A DNA stretch of 64,000 bases from Oscillospiraceae bacterium (GTDB lineage Bacteria; Bacillota; Clostridia; Oscillospirales; Oscillospiraceae). A program made the position numbers and the translations under genes. The notes under the pieces were generated by a model that ran no database searches, was not told the DNA's origin, and saw only the letters and a program-made list of their open reading frames with translations. The DNA is taken from the NCBI GenBank assembly GCA_017549125.1, contig JAFYVL010000025.1, positions 37,025 through 101,024 of the forward strand. Reading direction: 5' to 3'. Below are positions 48,900-57,363 of this stretch, one piece after another; within the stretch, counting starts at the first letter, position 1, and the number at the start of each line of letters is the position of its first letter.

Positions 48900-49860
48900 T
48901 TTGTGCTTTCCCGAAAGAGGGATAGGGCAGGCAAGCCCTAGGGGTACGCCCCAACGCATACGTAGTTAAGATTGTACGTCAGCAGGGAATGTATGGCCAC
49001 AGACGCCTGCGATTCTTCTCTGTTTGTTCTTGTTACGGCTTCCTATTTGCCTACGGGTTGCCGGGTGGCATGCTGGATATGCTGTTTTTATACAGCGATA
49101 TCCGAGCATGTATGAATGACCGATGAAGTGGGGTTATTGCGCCCAATTCATCCAATGTGTTAAATGGATTATTAAGAGTTTTCTTGTACTTCGATGATGG
49201 GACGCCATTTTCGATCCTTGCAGATTCGCTGCGCCGCACATATGCTGCGGATGGCTACTGTTGTCGAATTCAAGAATACATAAAGACCCGACTTTTTCTC
49301 GACGGAAATTGCTGTTTCCGTCGAATGGGCTGGCGCAGCCAGCGTCAGCCTGGAAAGAGCCAAAAGTTAGAAGCGCTTGCGTTTTGCCCTTTGGGGCGAA
49401 ATGCAAGCGTTTTTGCGTGCTAACGGATGGTCGTGCGTACACACGCACAGTAGGTTTCTTGCTTTAGGACTGCAGCAACAGTCCGCCCTCTGTAATGGCA
49501 GAACAGAGGTTCGCTCCACCGGATCTGACTGCCACAGATCGGCTCCTTGTTCCGGCAAACGCAATGCCGGTTCGGCAGCAGGAAGTCCCCACAATTCTCG
49601 ATCCTCGCCGAAGGGATCAAAGGACACAGGCGATTTATCGCAGCCGAGTTTAGCGGCTTGTGTCCGCCGCCGTCGTTACGACAGGAAGAACCTTTCCCAT
49701 GCGGCAGCATACTAACCGGGACAATTCTACAACAGAGACAGGCGTTAATAACCAACCTTATATGAACGCTGAACTCTCGATTCCGCAAGGCTTTTCCGAA
49801 TTCACACAGTGAATGATTTCTATGGAAAGCAGGTGGAAACCACTGAATTTGCTACTGGGG
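48900..49860 (+). ncRNA. Candidate large structured non-coding element (RNA or folded ssDNA) upstream of a tyrosine recombinase
   Basis: No credible ORF; about 20 closely spaced hairpins, three-way junctions, UACG and GCAA loops, G-U pairs valid only on +, and nested long-range helices. Ends are approximate. Confidence 0.65.
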
Positions 49861-49898
49861 GTACTATACACTTTTTACTTTCGGAGGATTATAAAACT

Positions 49899-50792
49899 AT
49901 GAAATCTAACATCTACTTTACTTTAGAAAGCCAGCTAAATAAGCTGGCACGACACAATCGCCAGGGCAGTTTTCGTACCAAGGAGCGGTACTATTTTGCA
50001 ATGAAGCGGTTTTGCCGATTCCTTGCAGAGGAATACCACCTGCAAAAGCTGTCCAATATCAGCGGCAAGCACCTGGTACATTATGTGCTGTGGATGCAGG
50101 AGGAAGGCCTTTCTGCCAGTACCATCAAAACGGACTTGGCGGCTATTCGCTTTTTCCACGACAAGATCAGTAACCCCAAATACACCTTGCCTGACAACAG
50201 CAAGCTGGGCGTGGAACTGGAACGGCGGCGGTTTGGGCAAACGGATCGTACCTGGAGCGTTTCAGAGTTTAATTGCATGGTAGGAAAGGCCTTAAACCGG
50301 GATGATTACCTGTTGGCATTCTATTTAGCACGCTATGCCGGGCTGCGAATCCATGAGTGTTTTCGTCTTGATACTGCCACGGCACGACAAGCCATCCGGG
50401 AAATGGCCATCACCATCAAAGGCAAGGGTGGCAAGATTCGTACTGTACCCATTAACGACCGGATCGCATTGGTCATGGAACAGTGCCTAAGGAATACACC
50501 GCCGGGAAGCAAGCTGCTGGTCCCGGACGATATGCCCACGGACAGAGCTATCAATCAGCTGCAACTATTTATTCTCAAACACAGACCGGCGGTGCAGGAT
50601 CCGGACTCTGATCGCCCACTGACTTTCCACGGTCTGCGGCACACCTACGCCGCAGAGAAATACCAACAACTGATTGACAACGGCACCACAGATTTAGACG
50701 CCCATTTCACGGTATCCCAATTGCTGGGACATGAACGAGCCGATGTGACCAACATTTATCTGGCCTCTGTAAGAAAGGAAACGGGTGATTAG
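49899..50792 (+). CDS. Second tyrosine recombinase (297 aa), catalytically intact
   Basis: GGAGG RBS; YAGLRIHE (R), KGKGGK (K), FHGLRHTY (HxxR), LLGH, TNIY (Y); SAM-like N-domain; no arm-binding domain. Confidence 0.92.
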   Translation: MKSNIYFTLESQLNKLARHNRQGSFRTKERYYFAMKRFCRFLAEEYHLQKLSNISGKHLVHYVLWMQEEGLSASTIKTDLAAIRFFHDKISNPKYTLPDNSKLGVELERRRFGQTDRTWSVSEFNCMVGKALNRDDYLLAFYLARYAGLRIHECFRLDTATARQAIREMAITIKGKGGKIRTVPINDRIALVMEQCLRNTPPGSKLLVPDDMPTDRAINQLQLFILKHRPAVQDPDSDRPLTFHGLRHTYAAEKYQQLIDNGTTDLDAHFTVSQLLGHERADVTNIYLASVRKETGD

Positions 50793-51054
50793 TATTATGA
50801 AAAACACCCCTCTCCCCTTTTACTTACATAACTTGCCCGATGTATTAACCGTTCCCCAGTTACAGATTGTCTTGCGCATTGGGAGAAAGGCCGCTTATGA
50901 CTTGATCCACACCGGACAGATCAAACATCTGAAAATCGGCAGAAGCATCCGTATTCCGAAAAGATTTTTGCTGGAATATATGGAATCCGCATGCTATAAT
51001 AAAAGCACAACAGACAGGCTGCCGGAAGAAACGGAGGTAACATATGACCGGTAG
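50785..51054 (+). CDS. Excisionase-like HTH protein (recombination directionality factor)
   Basis: PDVLTVPQLQIVLRIGRKAAYDLIHTGQIKHLKIGRSIRIPK; overlaps both neighbouring genes. Confidence 0.85.
   Translation: MISIMKNTPLPFYLHNLPDVLTVPQLQIVLRIGRKAAYDLIHTGQIKHLKIGRSIRIPKRFLLEYMESACYNKSTTDRLPEETEVTYDR
50992..51000 (+). promoter_or_regulatory. Extended -10 promoter for the integrase, inside the excisionase gene
   Basis: TGCTATAAT ending 43 nt upstream of the integrase ATG. Confidence 0.55.
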
Positions 51055-52162
51055 CTTACAAATCAAAAAAGGTAATTATTATGCCGTCTATCGGACAGAA
51101 ACAGGAAACCAGAAATGGGTCCCGCTGAATCTGTCCGCAAACGGCCACAACAAAAGAAAGGCCCAGCAAAAACTTCGAGAAGTTCTTGCCGAGGCCGAAA
51201 AAAGACAGTCAGTTGTAACAAGCGATATTCTGTTTTTGGATTGGCTCAATCGCTGGATGGAACAAAAGAAACTCTTTGTTTCTGCAGGTACTTTCGAAGG
51301 GTATACCTATTATTGTGAAAAGCATATTATTCCTCACTTTAAGCCTTTGAAACTTACACTTTCAGATCTATCCGCGCAGCACCTTCAGACATACTATAAC
51401 ATCAAGTACAAGGAAGGACAATCCGCGACCACACTGCGTAAACACAATGCCATCATTCATGGTGCCTTGGAGGAAGCTTACAAAAAGGATATTATCCTTT
51501 CCAACCCTGCGAACAAGGTAACATTTCCCAAAAAGAAGAAGTTTCGCGGAACTGCTTACACCCTTCAGGAAGCCCAGGCATTACTTGCCGCTGTTGGGGA
51601 TGATGATCCCATTCGACCGGCCATCGTTTTCGGGCTGTTTTACGGCATGCGCAGAAGTGAAGCCTTAGGCCTGCGATGGAGTGACATTGATTTTCGAGCC
51701 AATACGCTATTCATTCATCGTACCGTTACCAGGATGAAAACCGTCCATGATAACGACACCACCAAAAGCGAGACCAGCCGCAGAAGACTCCAGCTTGTGC
51801 CATGTACAATTCCCTATCTGAAAACGCTTCGCAGAACGCAGGCGCAAAACTGTGCCGACCTGGGACAGGATTTCTCCCCCGATAACCATATTTGCGTATG
51901 GCCGGACGGAAAACTGTTGGATCCAAACTATGTGTCACAGCATTTCAGAAAACTTTTGCACAAAAACAATTTGCCGCACATTCGTTTTCACGATCTGCGG
52001 CATACTGCAGGAAGTCTTCTTTTGGCAGATGGGGTTGACATCAAAACCATCCAGGAATTTCTGGGGCATAGCGATGCTTCCACCACCGCAAACATCTATT
52101 TGCACAGTGTGGTACATGGCGCATCTGTGACCGCTGTCTCATTGAATCGGATTATGGAATAA
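51044..52162 (+). CDS. Site-specific integrase (tyrosine recombinase) targeting tRNA-Leu
   Basis: N-terminal arm-binding-like region, YGMRRSEALGLRWSDID, FHDLRHT, LGHS...TTANIY; adjacent to att. Confidence 0.95.
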   Translation: MTGSLQIKKGNYYAVYRTETGNQKWVPLNLSANGHNKRKAQQKLREVLAEAEKRQSVVTSDILFLDWLNRWMEQKKLFVSAGTFEGYTYYCEKHIIPHFKPLKLTLSDLSAQHLQTYYNIKYKEGQSATTLRKHNAIIHGALEEAYKKDIILSNPANKVTFPKKKKFRGTAYTLQEAQALLAAVGDDDPIRPAIVFGLFYGMRRSEALGLRWSDIDFRANTLFIHRTVTRMKTVHDNDTTKSETSRRRLQLVPCTIPYLKTLRRTQAQNCADLGQDFSPDNHICVWPDGKLLDPNYVSQHFRKLLHKNNLPHIRFHDLRHTAGSLLLADGVDIKTIQEFLGHSDASTTANIYLHSVVHGASVTAVSLNRIME

Positions 52163-52168
52163 CCGCTG

Positions 52169-52190
52169 TGTTAGAACTTTTGTTAGAACT
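52169..52190 (+). repeat. Putative integrase arm-type sites (TGTTAGAACT x2)
   Basis: Copies at 52169-52178 and 52181-52190. Confidence 0.75.
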
Positions 52191-52238
52191 CGGGGATTTT
52201 TTCGAAAACGGCAAAATCATTTTTGCCCGAAAAGTTAG

Positions 52239-52272
52239 AAAAAGCACCGAAATCTTACGATTTCGATGCTTT
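52239..52272 (-). terminator. Island-supplied terminator for the tRNA
   Basis: Minus strand AAAGCATCGAAATC-GTAA-GATTTCGGTGCTTTTT. Confidence 0.7.
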
Positions 52273-52276
52273 TCTT

Positions 52277-52364
52277 TGGTGCGCGAGGCGGGACTTGAAC
52301 CCGCATGCCCGGAATGAGCACTAGAACCTGAATCTAGCGAGTCTACCAATTCCACCACTCGCGC
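52277..52364 (-). tRNA. tRNA-Leu (anticodon CAG)
   Basis: GCGCGAG acceptor, D-loop TGGTAG, anticodon arm CTAGA-TTCAGGT-TCTAG, long variable arm, GGTTCAAGTCC, encoded CCA. Confidence 0.97.
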
Positions 52365-52398
52365 ATTTGTATTTAACTGTGCGCCTTTGCGCTTGAGT

Positions 52399-52427
52399 AT
52401 ATTAGCACACGGGCACGTATTTGTCAA
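52399..52427 (-). promoter_or_regulatory. Sigma-A promoter of the tRNA
   Basis: TTGACA-17 bp-TAATAT on the minus strand. Confidence 0.7.
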
Positions 52428-52509
52428 CTATTTTTTTAGGTTTTTTTAAAAATTTTTCCTCGCAAAAAATAGGAGGGCTACAACCAAACGGCAGTAGCCC
52501 TCACGGGTT

Positions 52510-52674
52510 TTATTTCTTACGGAAGGACATACAGTCAGTACACTGGTCCATGGAAGGATTTGCCTCATGAGTGCCTACCATGATCTTATCCAGAGAGCAG
52601 TAGTTGGAGCTGGTGCAGTGGTGAGCGCACTGAGAAACGGTACACTCGATACTCTTGTTAGCATTACAGTTCAT
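52510..52674 (-). CDS. Small Cys-rich DUF1540-like protein (54 aa; absent from the ORF track)
   Basis: AAAGGAGG RBS; MNCNANKSIECTVSQCAHHCTSSNYCSLDKIMVGTHEANPSMDQCTDCMSFRKK. Confidence 0.8.
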   Translation of the reverse strand: MNCNANKSIECTVSQCAHHCTSSNYCSLDKIMVGTHEANPSMDQCTDCMSFRKK

Positions 52675-52802
52675 TGTATTTTCCTCCTTTTTATTGGGAT
52701 ATGTTCAGTATGCCCATTCCGGAGCATTGTATGCGAAAATCAAATTTGCATTTTTGCGGGTATAATGATACAATAAATAAAATTATGAAAAGGGGTATGG
52801 AT

Positions 52803-54182
52803 ATGCTTTCCAAGGAACTTTGTGAAAAAGTTTTGGAGGTTGCGGCCTCCACCGGTGCGGACTATGCAGAAATTTATGCCAACCGCACTGTCCATCATAC
52901 CATCCACATGATCGCATCTAAGGTCGACGCCGTAAAGGACTCCGTCATTGCCGGTGTGGGCATCCGGGTTTTTAAGGGTCTGCGCAGCGTGAACACCTCC
53001 ACGGTGGATACTTCCGAAGCAGGCCTCATCCGGTGTGCCCAGCAGGCAGCAGAGGCTTTGGGTCAAGGCACTGCCCAGATCGACATTCACCTGACCCCCA
53101 TGACCATCCGGGATATCCATCCGGTACGGCAGATCCCGGCACAGATGGCCAATGCGGAGAAGGTCGCTGTGTTAAAAGAGGCTTATTTTGCGGCCAAGGA
53201 ACACGATTCTGCCATCACGCAGGTCACCGGCACCCTTGTGGATGTGGATCATAATATTCTGGTGGCCAATTCTGAGGGAGTATACGCCCAGGATCGCCAG
53301 ATTCGTACACGCATGGCTATCTCTGCGGTGGCAGAAATGGGCGGTGAGACCCAGACCGGATCTCATGCCCCCGGCAGCCGTAAGGGTATGGAAATGTTTG
53401 AGGAAATCCAGCCTGCCAGCATTGGCATCCATGCCGCCAAGCAAGCTGTGGTCATGGCCGGTGCAGGATACTGTCCTGCCGGTGTAATGCCCGTAGCCAT
53501 TGACAACGGCTTTGGCGGTGTGATTTTCCACGAAGCCTGCGGACACTCCCTGGAGTCTTCTTCTGTGGCGTTCGGTCGTTCCCAGTTTGCTGACAAGCTG
53601 GGTCAGCAAATTGCATCCAGCAAGGTTACCGCCATTGATGACGGCACGATCCCCAACGCATGGGGTTCTATTAACATAGACGACGAAGGCACACCCGGCC
53701 GCAGGAACGTTCTCATTGAAAACGGTGTGCTCAAGGGCTATATGATCGACAAAATGGGCGGTCGCCGCATGGGCATGGCAGCCACCGGCAACTGCCGTCG
53801 ACAGGAATACAGCTTTGCGCCCACCTCTCGTATGACCAACACCTATATTGCCGCCGGCACGGACAGCCGTGAGGATATTATCAGCTCTATGGAATACGGT
53901 CTGTATGCCAAGCAGATGGGCGGCGGTTCTGTGAATCCTGTTACAGGTCAGTTTAACTTTGCGGTCACCGAGGGTTATATGGTTCGCAACGGCAAAATCT
54001 GTGAACCTGTCCGTGGCGCAAGTCTGGTGGGCAAGGGTTCTGATGTGCTGATGGATATTGACATGGTCAGCTCTGATCTGGCAATGGGTCAGGGTATGTG
54101 CGGTTCTTCCAGCGGCTCGATCCCCACCAATGTGGGTCAGCCCATGATCCGTGTATCCAGCATTACCGTTGGCGGACGATAA
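52803..54182 (+). CDS. tldD: TldD metalloprotease subunit
   Basis: GVIFHEACGHSLE (HExxxH), PTSRMTNT, GGSVNP, C-terminal GMCG...GQP; TTGCAT-17-TACAAT promoter at 52746-52774. Confidence 0.9.
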   Translation: MLSKELCEKVLEVAASTGADYAEIYANRTVHHTIHMIASKVDAVKDSVIAGVGIRVFKGLRSVNTSTVDTSEAGLIRCAQQAAEALGQGTAQIDIHLTPMTIRDIHPVRQIPAQMANAEKVAVLKEAYFAAKEHDSAITQVTGTLVDVDHNILVANSEGVYAQDRQIRTRMAISAVAEMGGETQTGSHAPGSRKGMEMFEEIQPASIGIHAAKQAVVMAGAGYCPAGVMPVAIDNGFGGVIFHEACGHSLESSSVAFGRSQFADKLGQQIASSKVTAIDDGTIPNAWGSINIDDEGTPGRRNVLIENGVLKGYMIDKMGGRRMGMAATGNCRRQEYSFAPTSRMTNTYIAAGTDSREDIISSMEYGLYAKQMGGGSVNPVTGQFNFAVTEGYMVRNGKICEPVRGASLVGKGSDVLMDIDMVSSDLAMGQGMCGSSSGSIPTNVGQPMIRVSSITVGGR

Positions 54183-54205
54183 ATTGTGAGTTAGGAGTAG
54201 CGCAC

Positions 54206-55552
54206 ATGGAATATCTGGCTTTTAAAGATTTAGTGATTGCCAAGGCCCAGGAAATGGGGCTTGCAGAATATGAGATTTATTATCAAAGCAACAGCGGCAT
54301 TATGGCCAATGCCTTTGGCCATGAAATCGACCAATTTTCCGCCAATAGCGACGGCGGTGTTTGCTTTCGTTGCATCGTAAAGGGCAAAATGGGTTATGCC
54401 TCCACCGAGGAACTCAGCCCGGAGCAGGCCGCCTCCATTGTGGAAAAGGCCATGGACAACGCTTCTGTTCTGGAAGCAGAAGAACCGGTGTTTCTGGTGT
54501 CCGGTGGTCAGGCCTACACGCCCATCCAACGAGAGAACCCCTCCATTCCCCTAGCCCAGGACCTGGTACAACGAGTGCTGCAGGTACAAGGCATGCTCTA
54601 TGCCACCGATCCGGCCGTCACAGAGGGTAGTATTACCCGTGGCATTGGACTCCAGGGCCGCATTGCCATTTGCAATTCCAAGGGTCTGGATCTGGACCGG
54701 GAGTATACCACGAATGCCATAATGGTGGGCGCAGTTGTCACCGATGGCACAGACAAAGCCAACGATTATCAGCTGGAAATCGGCGACATTGCGCAAATTG
54801 ATGCCCAGGCATTGACCCGGAAAGCCACTGGGATCGCTCTGAGTAAATTAGGCGGCGAGCCTGCCCCCACAGGTGTATACCCGGTGGTATTCGATCCGGA
54901 AGCCATGAGTGATCTGTTGGACACCTTTAGCGGCATCTTTGATGGCGAGGCCGCCCAGAAGGGTCTGTCCAAGCTGAAGGGACAGGAAGGCAATACCATC
55001 GCTTCAGATGTGGTCACGGTGATCGACGATCCCTTCCACCCGGAAAACCCCATGTCTATGTCCTTTGATGCAGAAGGCTCTCCCACCTATCGGAAGAATG
55101 TCGTCGAAAAGGGCGTGTTAAAGACCCTGCTGCACAATTTGCAATCTGCCAACATGGCAGGTGTAGCTACCACCGGCAATGCATACAAAGGAAAGTACGA
55201 TTCTCCCGTGGGCATTAACCCCTTCACCATGCACATTGCCCCCGGTGAATGGACCGAGGAGCAGCTTTTGGAAAAGGCCGGCAACGGTGTGTATATCCGC
55301 AGCCTTAGCGGTCTGCACGCAGGCGCAAATGCCATCACCGGTGACTTCTCTTTGCAGAGTGAGGGCTATATGATCGAAAACGGTCAAAAGACCACCCATG
55401 TGAACGGCTTCACGGTGGCCGGCAACTTCTATGACCTGCTGAAGAATATCACCGCAGTGGCCAATAATTTGACAATTCCCTCCCCCACAGGCATCACCAC
55501 ATACGGTAGTCCCAGCGTTTTAGTGGAGAATTTGTCTGTTGCTGGCAAATAA
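54206..55552 (+). CDS. pmbA: PmbA/TldE family protein
   Basis: FDAEG, LHAGANAITGDFS, VAGNFYDLLK; lacks HExxxH; follows tldD. Confidence 0.88.
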   Translation: MEYLAFKDLVIAKAQEMGLAEYEIYYQSNSGIMANAFGHEIDQFSANSDGGVCFRCIVKGKMGYASTEELSPEQAASIVEKAMDNASVLEAEEPVFLVSGGQAYTPIQRENPSIPLAQDLVQRVLQVQGMLYATDPAVTEGSITRGIGLQGRIAICNSKGLDLDREYTTNAIMVGAVVTDGTDKANDYQLEIGDIAQIDAQALTRKATGIALSKLGGEPAPTGVYPVVFDPEAMSDLLDTFSGIFDGEAAQKGLSKLKGQEGNTIASDVVTVIDDPFHPENPMSMSFDAEGSPTYRKNVVEKGVLKTLLHNLQSANMAGVATTGNAYKGKYDSPVGINPFTMHIAPGEWTEEQLLEKAGNGVYIRSLSGLHAGANAITGDFSLQSEGYMIENGQKTTHVNGFTVAGNFYDLLKNITAVANNLTIPSPTGITTYGSPSVLVENLSVAGK

Positions 55553-55648
55553 ATTACAAAAAATTTCAAAAAAGGTATTGATTTTCTTGACTCATTGCGT
55601 TATAATTGGAGGACGCATGAGCAAAAACACAGAACAGGAGGTGTGACC

Positions 55649-55912
55649 ATGCCCAACATTAAGTCCTCTAAGAAGGATGTTATCTCTTCCAAGATCGCTT
55701 ACGAGAAGAACAAGGCCGAGAAGTCTGCTCTGAAGACTGCTGTGAAGAAGTTCGAGGCTGCCCTGGTTGAGGGTAACCGCGCTGCTGCTGAGGCTGCCCA
55801 CAAGGAAGCTGTTGTCAAGGTTGACAAGGCTGTGAACAAGGGCCTGCTGCATAAGAACACTGCTGCCCGCAAGAAGAGCAGCATGACTCTGCAGCTGAAC
55901 AAGCTGGCTTAA
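55649..55912 (+). CDS. rpsT: 30S ribosomal protein S20
   Basis: MPNIKSSKK...LHKNTAARKKS; TTGATT-17-TATAAT promoter at 55578-55606. Confidence 0.97.
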   Translation: MPNIKSSKKDVISSKIAYEKNKAEKSALKTAVKKFEAALVEGNRAAAEAAHKEAVVKVDKAVNKGLLHKNTAARKKSSMTLQLNKLA

Positions 55913-55927
55913 TTTCTCTGAAAATAT

Positions 55928-55956
55928 CGCCTTCCGTCACACGGAAGGCGTTTTTT
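55928..55956 (+). terminator. rpsT terminator
   Basis: CGCCTTCCGT-CAC-ACGGAAGGCG followed by TTTTTT. Confidence 0.85.
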
Positions 55957-56036
55957 CATAGGCTTACCATGCCAAAGTTATCCTTTACAGCTTTGCGCTT
56001 TTGGAGTAAACTATGAATAAGAAAGGAGGCACGATC

Positions 56037-56282
56037 ATGTTTCAGGATGCACAGGAAGAATTGGAGAGACTGGAAGATGCCCTTCTGGAAGAAGAGGAAT
56101 ACGAAGATATTTCCGCCTATAACAATGACCCGGCAGATATCGACCTGGATGACCTGTCCCAGCAGCTTCTGCAGCCCCAACCAAAGTCCTACACAGGTTT
56201 TGCCACCTTTATGGTAATCATCACCCTGGTGATTGTGATTCTGGTGACCCTATGGGTCTTGCGCAGAATGGGGGTATTGTGA
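56037..56282 (+). CDS. Small acidic protein with C-terminal TM helix
   Basis: AAAGGAGG RBS; stop codon overlaps the gluQ start. Confidence 0.65.
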   Translation: MFQDAQEELERLEDALLEEEEYEDISAYNNDPADIDLDDLSQQLLQPQPKSYTGFATFMVIITLVIVILVTLWVLRRMGVL

Positions 56283-57178
56283 TGACACCCATTGGACGCT
56301 TCGCCCCTACCCCCTCCGGACGGATGCATTTGGGTAATGTATTTGCCGCCATGATCGCTTGGCTGTCCATCCGCAGTCAAAAAGGTCAGATGATCCTGCG
56401 CATGGAGGATCTGGACACCCAGCGCACCAAGCCGGAGTATGCCCAGACCTTGCGTGAGGATCTGAACTGGCTGGGCTTGGATTGGGATCTGGAAACCCAA
56501 CCCCAAAGCCAGCGCACAGCGGTCTATGACCACTATTTTTCTCAATTAAAGGCGCAGGGATTGCTCTATCCTTGTTACTGCACAAGAGCACAACTCCATA
56601 GTCTGGATGCGCCCCACGCTTCCGATGGCACTTACATTTACCCCGGCACTTGTCGGGAGCTTGTCACACCCCCGGAAGGACGCACCCCCTCCTGGCGGCT
56701 TCGTGTGCCGGAGGGAATCTGGCAGGTGGAGGATCTGTTACAGGGTACATATACGGAAAATCTGGCGACCCATTGTGGCGACTTTGTACTGCGTCGGTCT
56801 GACAATATGTATGTATATCAACTGGCAGTCACCGTCGATGATGGTGAGGCCGGCGTTACCGAGGTGGTACGAGGTCTGGATCTGTTAAGCTCCGCACCCC
56901 GGCAAATGTACCTGCAAACCCTTTTGGGATTTTCCCATCCCCGGTATGGCCATGTTCCCCTTCTGCTTGCCCCGGACGGACGACGACTCAGCAAGCGAGA
57001 TCGGGATATGGATCTTGGATATTTACAAACCCAGTACACCCCGGAGGCACTACTGGGTATACTTGCCCATGCCGCCGGATTGACAGCCACCCCCTCCCCC
57101 ATCTCTCTACAGGAACTGATCGGAGCGTTTTCCTGGGAGAAGCTTCACAAGGATTCCATTGTACTCTCTCTGGAGTAA
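56282..57178 (+). CDS. gluQ: Glutamyl-queuosine tRNA(Asp) synthetase
   Basis: GRFAPTPSGRMHLGN, YPCYCTR, YQLAVTVDD, RLSKR; no anticodon-binding domain. Confidence 0.9.
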   Translation: MTPIGRFAPTPSGRMHLGNVFAAMIAWLSIRSQKGQMILRMEDLDTQRTKPEYAQTLREDLNWLGLDWDLETQPQSQRTAVYDHYFSQLKAQGLLYPCYCTRAQLHSLDAPHASDGTYIYPGTCRELVTPPEGRTPSWRLRVPEGIWQVEDLLQGTYTENLATHCGDFVLRRSDNMYVYQLAVTVDDGEAGVTEVVRGLDLLSSAPRQMYLQTLLGFSHPRYGHVPLLLAPDGRRLSKRDRDMDLGYLQTQYTPEALLGILAHAAGLTATPSPISLQELIGAFSWEKLHKDSIVLSLE

Positions 57179-57363
57179 GAATATCCTTCCGTCACGCAAG
57201 GACACACACGATTCCGGTTACCCTTACATTTTAACTTTTTACACTTTGGATGTAACATTTTGCATTATTTTCAGCTTTCTGTGAAAAACAGCTGGGATTT
57301 TAGTTGCAAAAAGTTTGATTTGATGTATAATAAATTTATGTCATACTAAAGGAGGCATTTTTT

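Larger units (their letters stand above)
3654..52332. mobile_element. ~48.7 kb integrative genomic island in tRNA-Leu(CAG)
   Basis: 60-bp flanking direct repeats, integrase and excisionase next to the intact tRNA, and TGTTAGAACT pairs near both ends. Confidence 0.93.

Noticed and set aside
48729-49788. Short ORFs (62-122 aa) on both strands upstream of the second recombinase
   Set aside because: They overlap each other, lack convincing RBSs and show no family motifs; nucleic-acid structure explains the region better.
48900-49860. Group II intron, CRISPR array or integron cassette array
   Set aside because: No domain-V motif or RT gene, no regularly spaced identical repeats, and no gene cassettes between the hairpins were seen.
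3654-52332. Prophage or self-transmissible ICE
   Set aside because: No capsid, terminase, tail, VirB4, coupling protein or canonical relaxase gene was recognised.
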